Positions 8,044-15,074 of a stretch of 15,508 bases of DNA are shown here, one piece after another. The stretch comes from Fibrobacteria bacterium (GTDB lineage: Bacteria; Fibrobacterota; Fibrobacteria; UBA11236). Position numbers and translations under genes: made by a program. Location of the stretch: the NCBI GenBank assembly GCA_041746255.1, contig JBGTHM010000004.1:1-15508 (forward strand). The letters are read 5' to 3'. Numbering within the stretch: position 1 is the first letter of the stretch; every line of letters starts with the position of its first letter. The notes beneath the pieces were generated by a model, which ran no database searches, was not told where the DNA came from, and saw only the letters and a program-made list of their open reading frames with translations.

Positions 8044-8856
8044 ATGGAAAATTCGGAAAAATTGAAGGAAATCGTGCGGGAGAAATACGGGAAAATTGCC
8101 GAGGCTGTCGAAGGTTCCGCCGATTCTTCTTGTTGCGCAACATCTTGCTGCGGGGGAGCGGAGTCGGAAAGCCCGGTTGATTTCAGCGAGGATTACTCCC
8201 GTCTAAAGGGATATGTAGCCGAGGCGGATTTGGGACTGGGCTGCGGTATACCAACCGATTCCGCGGATTTGCAACCGGGGCAAACGGTACTGGATTTGGG
8301 ATCCGGCGCCGGTAACGATGTGTTCGTCGCACGCGGGTCGATTGGCGATAGCGGTTTCGTCATTGGCGTCGACATGACAGCCGCCATGGTGAAAAAGGCA
8401 CGCGAAAACCAGGAACGCCTGGGTTATTCCAATGTGGATTTCCGCCTTGGTGAAATCGAAAACCTTCCGGTTGAAAGCGCTTCGGTGGACCGGGTAATCA
8501 GTAATTGCGTGCTAAACCTTGTACCCGACAAGGCGCGTGCCTTTTGCGAAATCCATCGGACCCTTAAACCCGGCGGTAGCTTCAGTGTTTCCGACGTGGT
8601 GCTGAACGGAAAACTCCCCGAAGGATTGCAAAAGGCGGCGGAGCTCTATGTCGGCTGCGTTTCGGGGGCGTTACAAAAGGAGGAGTACCTGGCTCGTATT
8701 CGGGAAGCGGGTTTTTCCGACATTGAAGTCACCCAGGAAAAGAGATTGCGTTTACCGGTCGAATTGGCTGCTCAATTTCTAAACCCCGAAGAAATGCAAC
8801 TGTTCCGTGAGTCGGATGTAGGCATATTAAGCATTACCGTGCGTGGGCGAAAATAA
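8044..8856 (+). CDS. arsM: Arsenite S-adenosylmethionine methyltransferase
   Basis: TAAGGA RBS. N-terminal SSCCATSCCGG, LGLGCGIP, SAM motif VLDLGSGAGND, GVDMT, ISNCVLNL and YVGCVSGA give the conserved ArsM cysteines. Confidence 0.95.
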   Translation: MENSEKLKEIVREKYGKIAEAVEGSADSSCCATSCCGGAESESPVDFSEDYSRLKGYVAEADLGLGCGIPTDSADLQPGQTVLDLGSGAGNDVFVARGSIGDSGFVIGVDMTAAMVKKARENQERLGYSNVDFRLGEIENLPVESASVDRVISNCVLNLVPDKARAFCEIHRTLKPGGSFSVSDVVLNGKLPEGLQKAAELYVGCVSGALQKEEYLARIREAGFSDIEVTQEKRLRLPVELAAQFLNPEEMQLFRESDVGILSITVRGRK

Positions 8857-8894
8857 CGCATCTGTGAAAATGAAAATAGGCATGGAACGGGGTC

Positions 8895-8926
8895 TTGAAA
8901 AATAATCGTAAAGCTACGATATTAAA
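8895..8926 (+). promoter_or_regulatory. arsR-acr3-arsC promoter with overlapping ArsR-type operator
   Basis: TTGAAA (8895-8900), 17 nt, GATATT (8918-8923). Inverted repeat ATCGTA-AAGC-TACGAT at 8905-8920. Confidence 0.8.
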
Positions 8927-8930
8927 TGCC

Positions 8931-9269
8931 ATGGCCTTGAATAAGAAAACCCAGTTCTCACCGTTGGAAGTGCGTTTGGCGGATTTTGCCAAAGCCTTGT
9001 CCCATCCCGCCCGGGTCGCGATTCTCCGTGTACTGGCCGAGAGGCAAACCTGCGTATGCGGTGAGATAGTGGCGGTATTGCCACTCGCCCAGTCCACCGT
9101 TTCGCAGCACCTTAAGGACCTGAAGGAATTGGGCCTCATAAAAGGTGAAATCGACGGCACTCGTTCCTGCTATTGCATCGACTGGAATGCCTTCCAAGAA
9201 ATGAAAAATCTGTTTCAGAATTTGCTAGGAACGCTTGACGAGATGGGAACGAAAAATGGCTGTTGCTGA
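8931..9269 (+). CDS. arsR: ArsR/SmtB family As(III)-responsive repressor
   Basis: 112 aa from ATG 8931. Motifs: [42 protein letters not shown] and a terminal CC. Confidence 0.92.
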   Translation: MALNKKTQFSPLEVRLADFAKALSHPARVAILRVLAERQTCVCGEIVAVLPLAQSTVSQHLKDLKELGLIKGEIDGTRSCYCIDWNAFQEMKNLFQNLLGTLDEMGTKNGCC

Positions 9270-10455
9270 GAAGTCGCCGACTGAGCGAAGGATGAAAAGC
9301 ATTTTTGAGCGCTATCTGACACTTTGGGTGGGGCTCTGCATTCTGGTAGGAATTCTCCTGGGCAGACTTGCTCCGGGTTTGGCGAAAACCCTCGACGGAA
9401 TGTCCCTGCATGTCGGAGGCGCGCCCGTGGTTTCCATTCCCATCGCCATATGCCTGTTTTTCATGATGTACCCCATCATGGTAAAAATTGATTTCGCATC
9501 CGTTATTAAAGCCGGAAAAAATGCTAAACCGGTTTTCCTCACTCTCTTCATTAACTGGGCCGTAAAGCCTTTCACCATGTATGCCATATCTTTGTTTTTT
9601 CTGGGCTATCTTTTCAAAACCTTCATTGGGCTAGACGCCGTAGACTTATTACAGATGCCGTTCGGCCTCGATTTACCCGTCGGCGCGGTTCATGGCGCGG
9701 GAATGGTGGTTTTACAAGACGGCATAAAAATGTTGGAAGTGCCGTTATGGCGAAGTTACTTGGCTGGAACCATCCTTTTGGGAATCGCCCCCTGCACAGC
9801 CATGGTATTGGTGTGGAGTCATCTCGCGCGCGGCAACGATGGGCTCGCCCTGGTCATGGTGGCCGTTAATTCCCTGCTTATGCTGGTTTTATATGCCGCT
9901 CTCGGCGGGTTCCTGCTTGGCGTTGGCCGTCTTCCCGTGCCGTGGCAAGCACTCTTGCTGTCGCTAAGCGTTTATGTCGCATTACCGTTGGTAGCCGGGT
10001 ATTTTTCGCGGAAGTGGATTATCGCCGCGAAAGGGGAAGCCTGGTTCCAGGATAAATTTCTTCACCTGCTTACCCCTGTCACCATCGTCGCATTATTGAC
10101 CACCTTGGTATTGCTTTTCAGCTTCAAAGGAGAGACCATTCTCCAGAATCCGCTCACTATCGTATGGATTTCCGTCCCGTTATTTTTACAAACGGTTCTT
10201 ATATTCGCGTTGGGGTACGGGCTCGCCCGGCTGCTTAAGCTCTCCTATGCCGACGCGGCCCCCGCGGCCATGATTGGGGCGTCCAACCATTTCGAAGTGG
10301 CCATCGCCACGGCGGTCATTTTGTTCGGATTGGCCTCGGGAGCCGCCTTGGCCACGGTGGTAGGCGTACTCATCGAGGTGCCCGTCATGTTAATGCTGGT
10401 AGGCTTTTGTCGCCGCACCACGCACTGGTTTCCACAATCATCAAGTAACAGTTGA
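9256..10455 (+). CDS. acr3: Acr3 family arsenite efflux transporter
   Basis: Motifs: [41 protein letters not shown] (conserved Cys), [21 protein letters not shown]. Start is ATG 9256 (overlapping the arsR end) or 9292. Confidence 0.95.
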   Translation: MAVAEKSPTERRMKSIFERYLTLWVGLCILVGILLGRLAPGLAKTLDGMSLHVGGAPVVSIPIAICLFFMMYPIMVKIDFASVIKAGKNAKPVFLTLFINWAVKPFTMYAISLFFLGYLFKTFIGLDAVDLLQMPFGLDLPVGAVHGAGMVVLQDGIKMLEVPLWRSYLAGTILLGIAPCTAMVLVWSHLARGNDGLALVMVAVNSLLMLVLYAALGGFLLGVGRLPVPWQALLLSLSVYVALPLVAGYFSRKWIIAAKGEAWFQDKFLHLLTPVTIVALLTTLVLLFSFKGETILQNPLTIVWISVPLFLQTVLIFALGYGLARLLKLSYADAAPAAMIGASNHFEVAIATAVILFGLASGAALATVVGVLIEVPVMLMLVGFCRRTTHWFPQSSSNS

Positions 10456-10479
10456 AATAATCCACCAAAAGGAATGGCG

Positions 10480-10881
10480 ATGTCCACACCCACACCCAAA
10501 AAACTTCTGTTTGTCTGCATCGAAAACTCGAACCGCAGCCAAATGGCCGAGGCCTTCGCTCGCATCCATGGAGGCGAAAAAGTCGAAGCCTATAGTTCAG
10601 GATCGCGTCCCTCAGGCGTCGTGAATCCCAAGGCGATAGCTTCCATGGCCGAATTGGATTACGATCTTTCCAAGCACGGTTCGAAATCATTGAATGAAAT
10701 TCCCAAAGTGGAGTACGACGCGGTTGTGACCATGGGTTGCGGCGACGCTTGCCCCTTCGTGGAAGCCAAACGCCGTGAGGACTGGCAAATTCCCGATCCC
10801 AAGCACATGGACCCCGCCGAGTTCAGGGAAGTGCGTGAACTCATCTCGCAAAAGGTAAAGGCGCTGTTGCAGGAGTTATGA
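10480..10881 (+). CDS. arsC: Arsenate reductase, LMW-PTPase fold
   Basis: AAGGA lies 6 nt before ATG 10480. P-loop CIENSNRSQMAE (CX5R), TMGCGDACP and WQIPDP. Position in the ars cluster supports the call. Confidence 0.9.
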   Translation: MSTPTPKKLLFVCIENSNRSQMAEAFARIHGGEKVEAYSSGSRPSGVVNPKAIASMAELDYDLSKHGSKSLNEIPKVEYDAVVTMGCGDACPFVEAKRREDWQIPDPKHMDPAEFREVRELISQKVKALLQEL

Positions 10882-11600
10882 AAGTAGTCGGTCTGATTTT
10901 GTTTCTGGCTTGCACCTCAATCATCGCGCAACCGGGAGCGGAAATTTTCCGTGTGGGACCCCCTCCTCGCATGAATGCCTCGTACCTACCACAACCGCAT
11001 GCTTTCGATACGACTCGATCTTTGGAATCCCGCGCCCGTTCCTACTTGGCAAATAACTGCTCTTATTGCCATCAGCCCAATGCTATCGAAAGAGGAGGCT
11101 TGGACCTCCGATTTTCAACTCCGTTGCAAAACACTGGTTTGTTCAATTCCAGCGAGCGGCCGGCTCCGGAGGGAGGAGTTTTGCGCCATGTCGAACCCGG
11201 GAATGCTAAGGCCTCGGAAATCTTCCTTCGCATGTCTTCCCTGGGTAGCGATGGTATGCCTCCCCTGGGACGTACGAAAATAGATGAACCCGGATTGGCC
11301 TTGATTCGGGAATGGATAGAAAGTCTTGCGGGGGATTCCCTTTCCTTCACCGTCCATTATCGGAAGCCACAATTGGAGATTACCGAAACCCAATTGGGAC
11401 TGTTGCATTCAATGGATCCGGTTTTCCGGGTTTATCACCGCAAAGGCGAAAAAGTGGAAGGCGCCTTCGATTCTTCCCAGGACAATTTGAAGGGGAAGGT
11501 TTGGAAGCTGCGATTTTCACAGCCGCTCTCACCGGGGTGGTATTGGCTGGAAATTGAGTTGGAAGGGAAGCGCCTCATTCGGAATTTCGTGGTGCTATAG
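10878..11600 (+). CDS. Exported monoheme c-type cytochrome-like protein of unknown function
   Basis: Signal peptide MKVVGLILFLACTSIIA-Q. Single CSYCH heme motif (11058-11072) within RARSYLANNCSYCHQP. Candidate distal Met in GMPPLGR...LIREWI. ATGA overlap with the arsC stop. Confidence 0.72.
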   Translation: MKVVGLILFLACTSIIAQPGAEIFRVGPPPRMNASYLPQPHAFDTTRSLESRARSYLANNCSYCHQPNAIERGGLDLRFSTPLQNTGLFNSSERPAPEGGVLRHVEPGNAKASEIFLRMSSLGSDGMPPLGRTKIDEPGLALIREWIESLAGDSLSFTVHYRKPQLEITETQLGLLHSMDPVFRVYHRKGEKVEGAFDSSQDNLKGKVWKLRFSQPLSPGWYWLEIELEGKRLIRNFVVL

Positions 11601-11629
11601 GGGCTTTCCATGATTTTATTCAGTGAAGC

Positions 11630-11635
11630 TATAAT
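11630..11635 (+). promoter_or_regulatory. Consensus -10 hexamer ahead of the channel gene
   Basis: TATAAT at 11630-11635, 6 nt before ATG 11642. Only a weak -35 candidate (TTCCAT 11606-11611). No Shine-Dalgarno. Confidence 0.5.
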
Positions 11636-11641
11636 TATTCA

Positions 11642-12769
11642 ATGACTTCCATGCGATTCCAGTCCAGATTCTATTCCTCGTTACTTCCGCTCGCTATCGC
11701 TTTTCTATGCATGTCGCCCGGCGTTTTTCCCGTTTCCGCTGCTCCCTTGACCACACCGGAAGCAGGCCGGGGAGAAAACGTTCTCATTGTTGGTACTCGT
11801 GAATCGCCTCCTTTCGCCTTTCGCTCGCCCGAAGGGGAATGGCGGGGAATCAGCATCGACCTTTGGCGTTCTATCGCCGCAAAATTGGAATATGCCTATG
11901 AGTTTCGCGAAGCCGATATTCCCGGCCTCATTTCCGGGGTGACGGAAAGTCGATTCGACGCCGCCGTAGCTGCCCTCACGCTTACCGCCGAAAGAGAAGC
12001 GGCGTTCGACTTCTCGCATCCCTTCTATTATACCGGACTTAGCATTGCGGTGCCTCGGCACGATGGCGGAGGATGGTATGGAGTTGCCCGGCAATTTATT
12101 TCATTCGAATTTTTACAAGTGGTGATTGTATTGGTTTTCCTGTTATTAATCATAGGCTTTCTAGTCTGGTTTTTCGAACGGCGCAAGAACGCCGAACAAT
12201 TTCCGGGAAACCCCGTGGAAGGCATACTGGCCAGCTTTTGGTGGTCGGCCGTGACCATGACCACTGTGGGTTACGGTGACAAGGCTCCCAAAACCCCTGG
12301 CGGCAGGCTGGTGGCGCTCGTGTGGATGTTCGCCGCGTTGATTTTGATTTCCTCCTTCACCGCCGCCATAACCTCTTCGCTTACGGTGGGTAGGCTTACC
12401 GGTCCGCTGCAAAGTTCCCGGGATTTGCCTTCGGCGCAAATCGGCACGGTTTCCGGTTCTACCAGCGAAGCTTACCTGAATGCGCGCCGCCTCAGCTTCA
12501 CCGATTTCGAAAATCTGGAGGCGGCCCTTAGGGCCTTGGCGGAAGGCCGATTGGATGGGGTGGTTTACGATGAGGCCATCCTACGGTATTGGGCGCGCAA
12601 ATCCTTTCCCAACCAATTGCGGGTCCTTCCGGAAACCCTCGATAACCAATATTATGGCATTGCATTGCCCCCCGGGAGTGCCCGACGCGACCCCGTAAAC
12701 CATGAACTTCTCAAAATTTTACACTCGCAGGAATGGGACGAAATTCTCTACCGGTATTTGGGAAATTAA
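11642..12769 (+). CDS. Prokaryotic glutamate-receptor-like (GluR0-type) ligand-gated potassium channel
   Basis: Signal peptide, then SBP family 3 lobe S1 (SPPFAF...ALTLTAEREAAFDFSHPF), M1 and pore SFWWSAVTMTTVGYGD (filter at 12263-12280). M2 ends ISSFTAAITSSLT and is followed by S2 (GTVSGSTSEAY...VVYDEAIL). Confidence 0.88.
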   Translation: MTSMRFQSRFYSSLLPLAIAFLCMSPGVFPVSAAPLTTPEAGRGENVLIVGTRESPPFAFRSPEGEWRGISIDLWRSIAAKLEYAYEFREADIPGLISGVTESRFDAAVAALTLTAEREAAFDFSHPFYYTGLSIAVPRHDGGGWYGVARQFISFEFLQVVIVLVFLLLIIGFLVWFFERRKNAEQFPGNPVEGILASFWWSAVTMTTVGYGDKAPKTPGGRLVALVWMFAALILISSFTAAITSSLTVGRLTGPLQSSRDLPSAQIGTVSGSTSEAYLNARRLSFTDFENLEAALRALAEGRLDGVVYDEAILRYWARKSFPNQLRVLPETLDNQYYGIALPPGSARRDPVNHELLKILHSQEWDEILYRYLGN

Positions 12770-12827
12770 TTGGTTACTTTTCTTCTCCTGGATCCCGATC
12801 TGAACTGTCTCCCTTTTTCCGGACAGA

Positions 12828-13733
12828 TTATGTAGCCCATTTCAATTCGTACTCGGCTGGGCTACTGTAGCCGATAAATGTATGTCTCCTTCGCAGATTG
12901 TACCAGGTTTCTATCCAATCAAAAGCGACCTGTTCCACCTCCCCTTCATCCTTCAATATCCATTTTCGGATACCCGTTTCCCGTTTGAAGGTTCTAAAGA
13001 AACTTTCAGTCGGCGCATTATCCCAACATTGACCTCTTCGGCTCATGGAAGGAAGGATGCCCCGCTCCAGAAGGAAATCCTGAAGCTTCTTCGAGGTATA
13101 CTGGCAACCTTGATCGGAATGAAACATCAGTCGCCATCGCCTGTATCGTCGGCAATTCAAGGCTTGGGTAAGGGCCGAGAGAACCAAATCCGTATCGGGA
13201 TTTCTCGACACCGACCATCCCACAACCTTTCGGGAAAAAAGATCCAATATCACGGCCAAGTAGACCCATCCACTTTGGGTCCAGATGTAGGTGATATCCG
13301 AGGTCCAGGTTCTATTGGGTCCCGAAGGTTTAAAATTCCGATTCAGGCGATGCTTGCACACCTTCGATTCCTGGGCCTTTTTCAGCACCGAATAAGGAGA
13401 GGGTTTCCAAGGCTGGGCCTCCAAGTCCATTTCCTTCATCATGCGCAGGACCAACTTCCGTCCGACAAGAATCCCGCTATCACGCAAGCATTTGCGAATG
13501 GAACGATGCCCGTAGGTTTTACGGCTTTCCTTGAAATGATAACGGATGGAATCCTTCAATTCAGGTCGCTCCAAAGGAACCTTCACGTTCCGGCTGCGCC
13601 ATTCGTAAAATCCCGAACGACTCACCTTAAGGGCTCTGCACATGATTTCGATGGAATGAACGGCCTTCATTTTTTCGATCCAGGCGTATTTCTCTTGAGC
13701 CGCTCTTGTGCGAAATACGCCGTCGCTTTTTTT
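12828..13733 (-). CDS. IS3-family transposase OrfB (DDE integrase core), joined to OrfA by a -1 frameshift
   Basis: MCRALKVSRSGFYEW, TYGHRSI, WTSDITY (D), FHSDQGCQY (D), DNAPTESFF (E). The -1 frame from the A7 run at 13733-13727 reads KSDGVFRTRAAQEKYAWIEK into MKAV. An independent ATG at 13670 overlaps the orfA stop. Confidence 0.92.
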   Translation of the reverse strand, partial: KKSDGVFRTRAAQEKYAWIEKMKAVHSIEIMCRALKVSRSGFYEWRSRNVKVPLERPELKDSIRYHFKESRKTYGHRSIRKCLRDSGILVGRKLVLRMMKEMDLEAQPWKPSPYSVLKKAQESKVCKHRLNRNFKPSGPNRTWTSDITYIWTQSGWVYLAVILDLFSRKVVGWSVSRNPDTDLVLSALTQALNCRRYRRWRLMFHSDQGCQYTSKKLQDFLLERGILPSMSRRGQCWDNAPTESFFRTFKRETGIRKWILKDEGEVEQVAFDWIETWYNLRRRHTFIGYSSPAEYELKWAT

Positions 13734-13987
13734 ATTATCTCAAGCTCCTCGGCCTGCTCGGCGACCAACTTCCGAAGGCGTTCAAGCTCTCGCTTCTCTT
13801 CAAGGGCCCCAGCAAGACCTTTTCCCCGGGCTTCAGCGGTCTCGGCAGCCGCTATCCAGGAACGAAGTAGGCTGGCGCTGATATCCAGCTCTCGGGCCGC
13901 CTGGGCAACGTTTTTCCGTTCCTTCGCCAAGGCCACGGCACGCTCCTTGTATTTCCCATCAAATGCTCGTCTTTTTTCGTTTTTCAT
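13667..13987 (-). CDS. IS3-family transposase OrfA (HTH)
   Basis: RRAFDGKYKERAV...VAQAARELDISASLLRSW (HTH), coiled coil ELERLRKLVAEQAEELEIIKKATAYF. AAGGTG RBS. Confidence 0.92.
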   Translation of the reverse strand: MKNEKRRAFDGKYKERAVALAKERKNVAQAARELDISASLLRSWIAAAETAEARGKGLAGALEEKRELERLRKLVAEQAEELEIIKKATAYFAQERLKRNTPGSKK

Positions 13988-14382
13988 TGGACACCTTTCT
14001 CAGGTAAATCTACCTGAATGTTGTGTCCGGTGTCAGGGGGTCAGTTCAAGGAGTTCTATGGGCTTTAGTTAGAATTCTTAGGGGCAATAGGTGGATGTTT
14101 CAAGCCGATATAATTGTTCGACTTTGGTTATCAATTTTGATCCTTTATTATGTTTATTGCGAAGGGGTGCCTTTTGTTTTTATGGTTTTTTTTGCTACAG
14201 AATTTTTGGGTATTGTAATTGGAATAATTTTTTTTCCATATTTTAAAAAGTGCGATCCCAAAACCGCAGCTCCCTTATAAACTTGCCTTCCCATCTAGGT
14301 AGAAAAACTGGCGAACCTAATTGGCTCTGGGGGATTTTCAAAAGGATCTGATATTTGGATTAGATTTAACTATCAGTTCAAT

Positions 14383-15074
14383 TTATTGCTTGAGGACCAA
14401 AACCTGCTTAGAATTTTGTTCTGGTTTAAAAACAATAACCCCACTGCTTTCAATCCTGAACTTCCCCCTGCCAGCTTTGATTATTTTCAGATTTGAACCG
14501 GAACTTTCGTATTTGTCTATAAGTCTATAAAACCGGATTTCAAAGTTCGAGTTCTTCATGCCAAGAGATATGTCGAACTGTCTTTTGAATTCTCGGTATT
14601 CAAACTCCGATTTGCCTTCAGAGAGATAGCTTTGCAAAAGGGACTTCAGGATTTTCACCGGAATCCCTTTTGTTATCGTAGCGCCATTGAAGGAAATACT
14701 TTCATCCTCCGAATTGTACTGGAATATCTCTTTCGGGGAAAGCGCGTTGCATACTTCAAAATGTTTATTCTGAAATACGGGAGGAACTAGCCTATCTTCG
14801 GTTTCAGCATCCTTAAGCATTCCATCCAATGGGAATTTCCCACTTCCGGTAACTTTCAAATGCCGCATAATAATTGAATAGAGAGGCGCCGAATACACGC
14901 AATTTTTATAAATAACGATTCTGTTCCGTAGTGGACAAAAGTAGTTTCGGACTGATTTCCATACCGTCCTATTGGGTACACGGTAAGACTTTAAATTGAG
15001 GCCATGCTCTTCTTGGAAATCGTTGGCACGGCCCCCGAAATGTAGGTCTAGGACAGTGAGAGTTTTCCTTGGGA
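14383..15074 (-). pseudogene. 3' remnant of a gene with a putative C-terminal winged-helix-like domain, 5'-truncated by the IS at 15075
   Basis: The frame of the listed 14383-14898 ORF stays open for 58 more codons up to the IS boundary (PRKTLTVLDLHFGGRANDFQEEHGLNLKSYRVPNRTVWKSVRNYFCPLRNRIVIYKNC-VYSAP). The C-terminal ISFNGATITKGIPVKILKSLL...EFEYREF...NFEIRFYRL...GRGKFRI recalls OmpR-like wHTH tails. The domain call is tentative. Confidence 0.6.

Larger units (their letters stand above)
12801..14048 (-). mobile_element. Complete IS3-family insertion sequence, 1248 bp
   Basis: Terminal IRs TGAACTGTCTCCCTTTTTCCGGACA (from 12801) and TGAACTGACCCCCTGACACCGGACA (reverse complement, from 14048) match at 19/25. 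They enclose orfA and orfB. No flanking direct repeat. Confidence 0.92.

Noticed and set aside
8044..12769. Arsinothricin biosynthesis or respiratory arsenic (aio/arr/arx) cluster
   Set aside because: No radical-SAM arsL, arsN acetyltransferase, molybdopterin subunit or Rieske subunit is present in the window.
14004..14013. GTAAATCTAC core shared with the arsM operator (7975-7984)
   Set aside because: The outer arms differ (CAG/CTG vs ATC/GAT), and the site is explained as part of the IS hairpin. Likely coincidence.
12882..14072. 396-aa plus-strand ORF spanning the IS3 element
   Set aside because: It is codon-aligned antisense to orfB, has no recognisable motifs and crosses the IS boundary. 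Treated as a shadow ORF.
14023..14530. Plus-strand ORFs 14023-14280 and 14321-14530
   Set aside because: The first starts inside the IS IR and its hydrophobicity comes from T-runs. The second is antisense to the truncated gene. Neither has RBS or motif support.
15023..15040. TTGGCACG as a sigma54 -24 element
   Set aside because: The -12 position reads CCGA instead of TTGC, and the site lies inside the open frame of the truncated gene.
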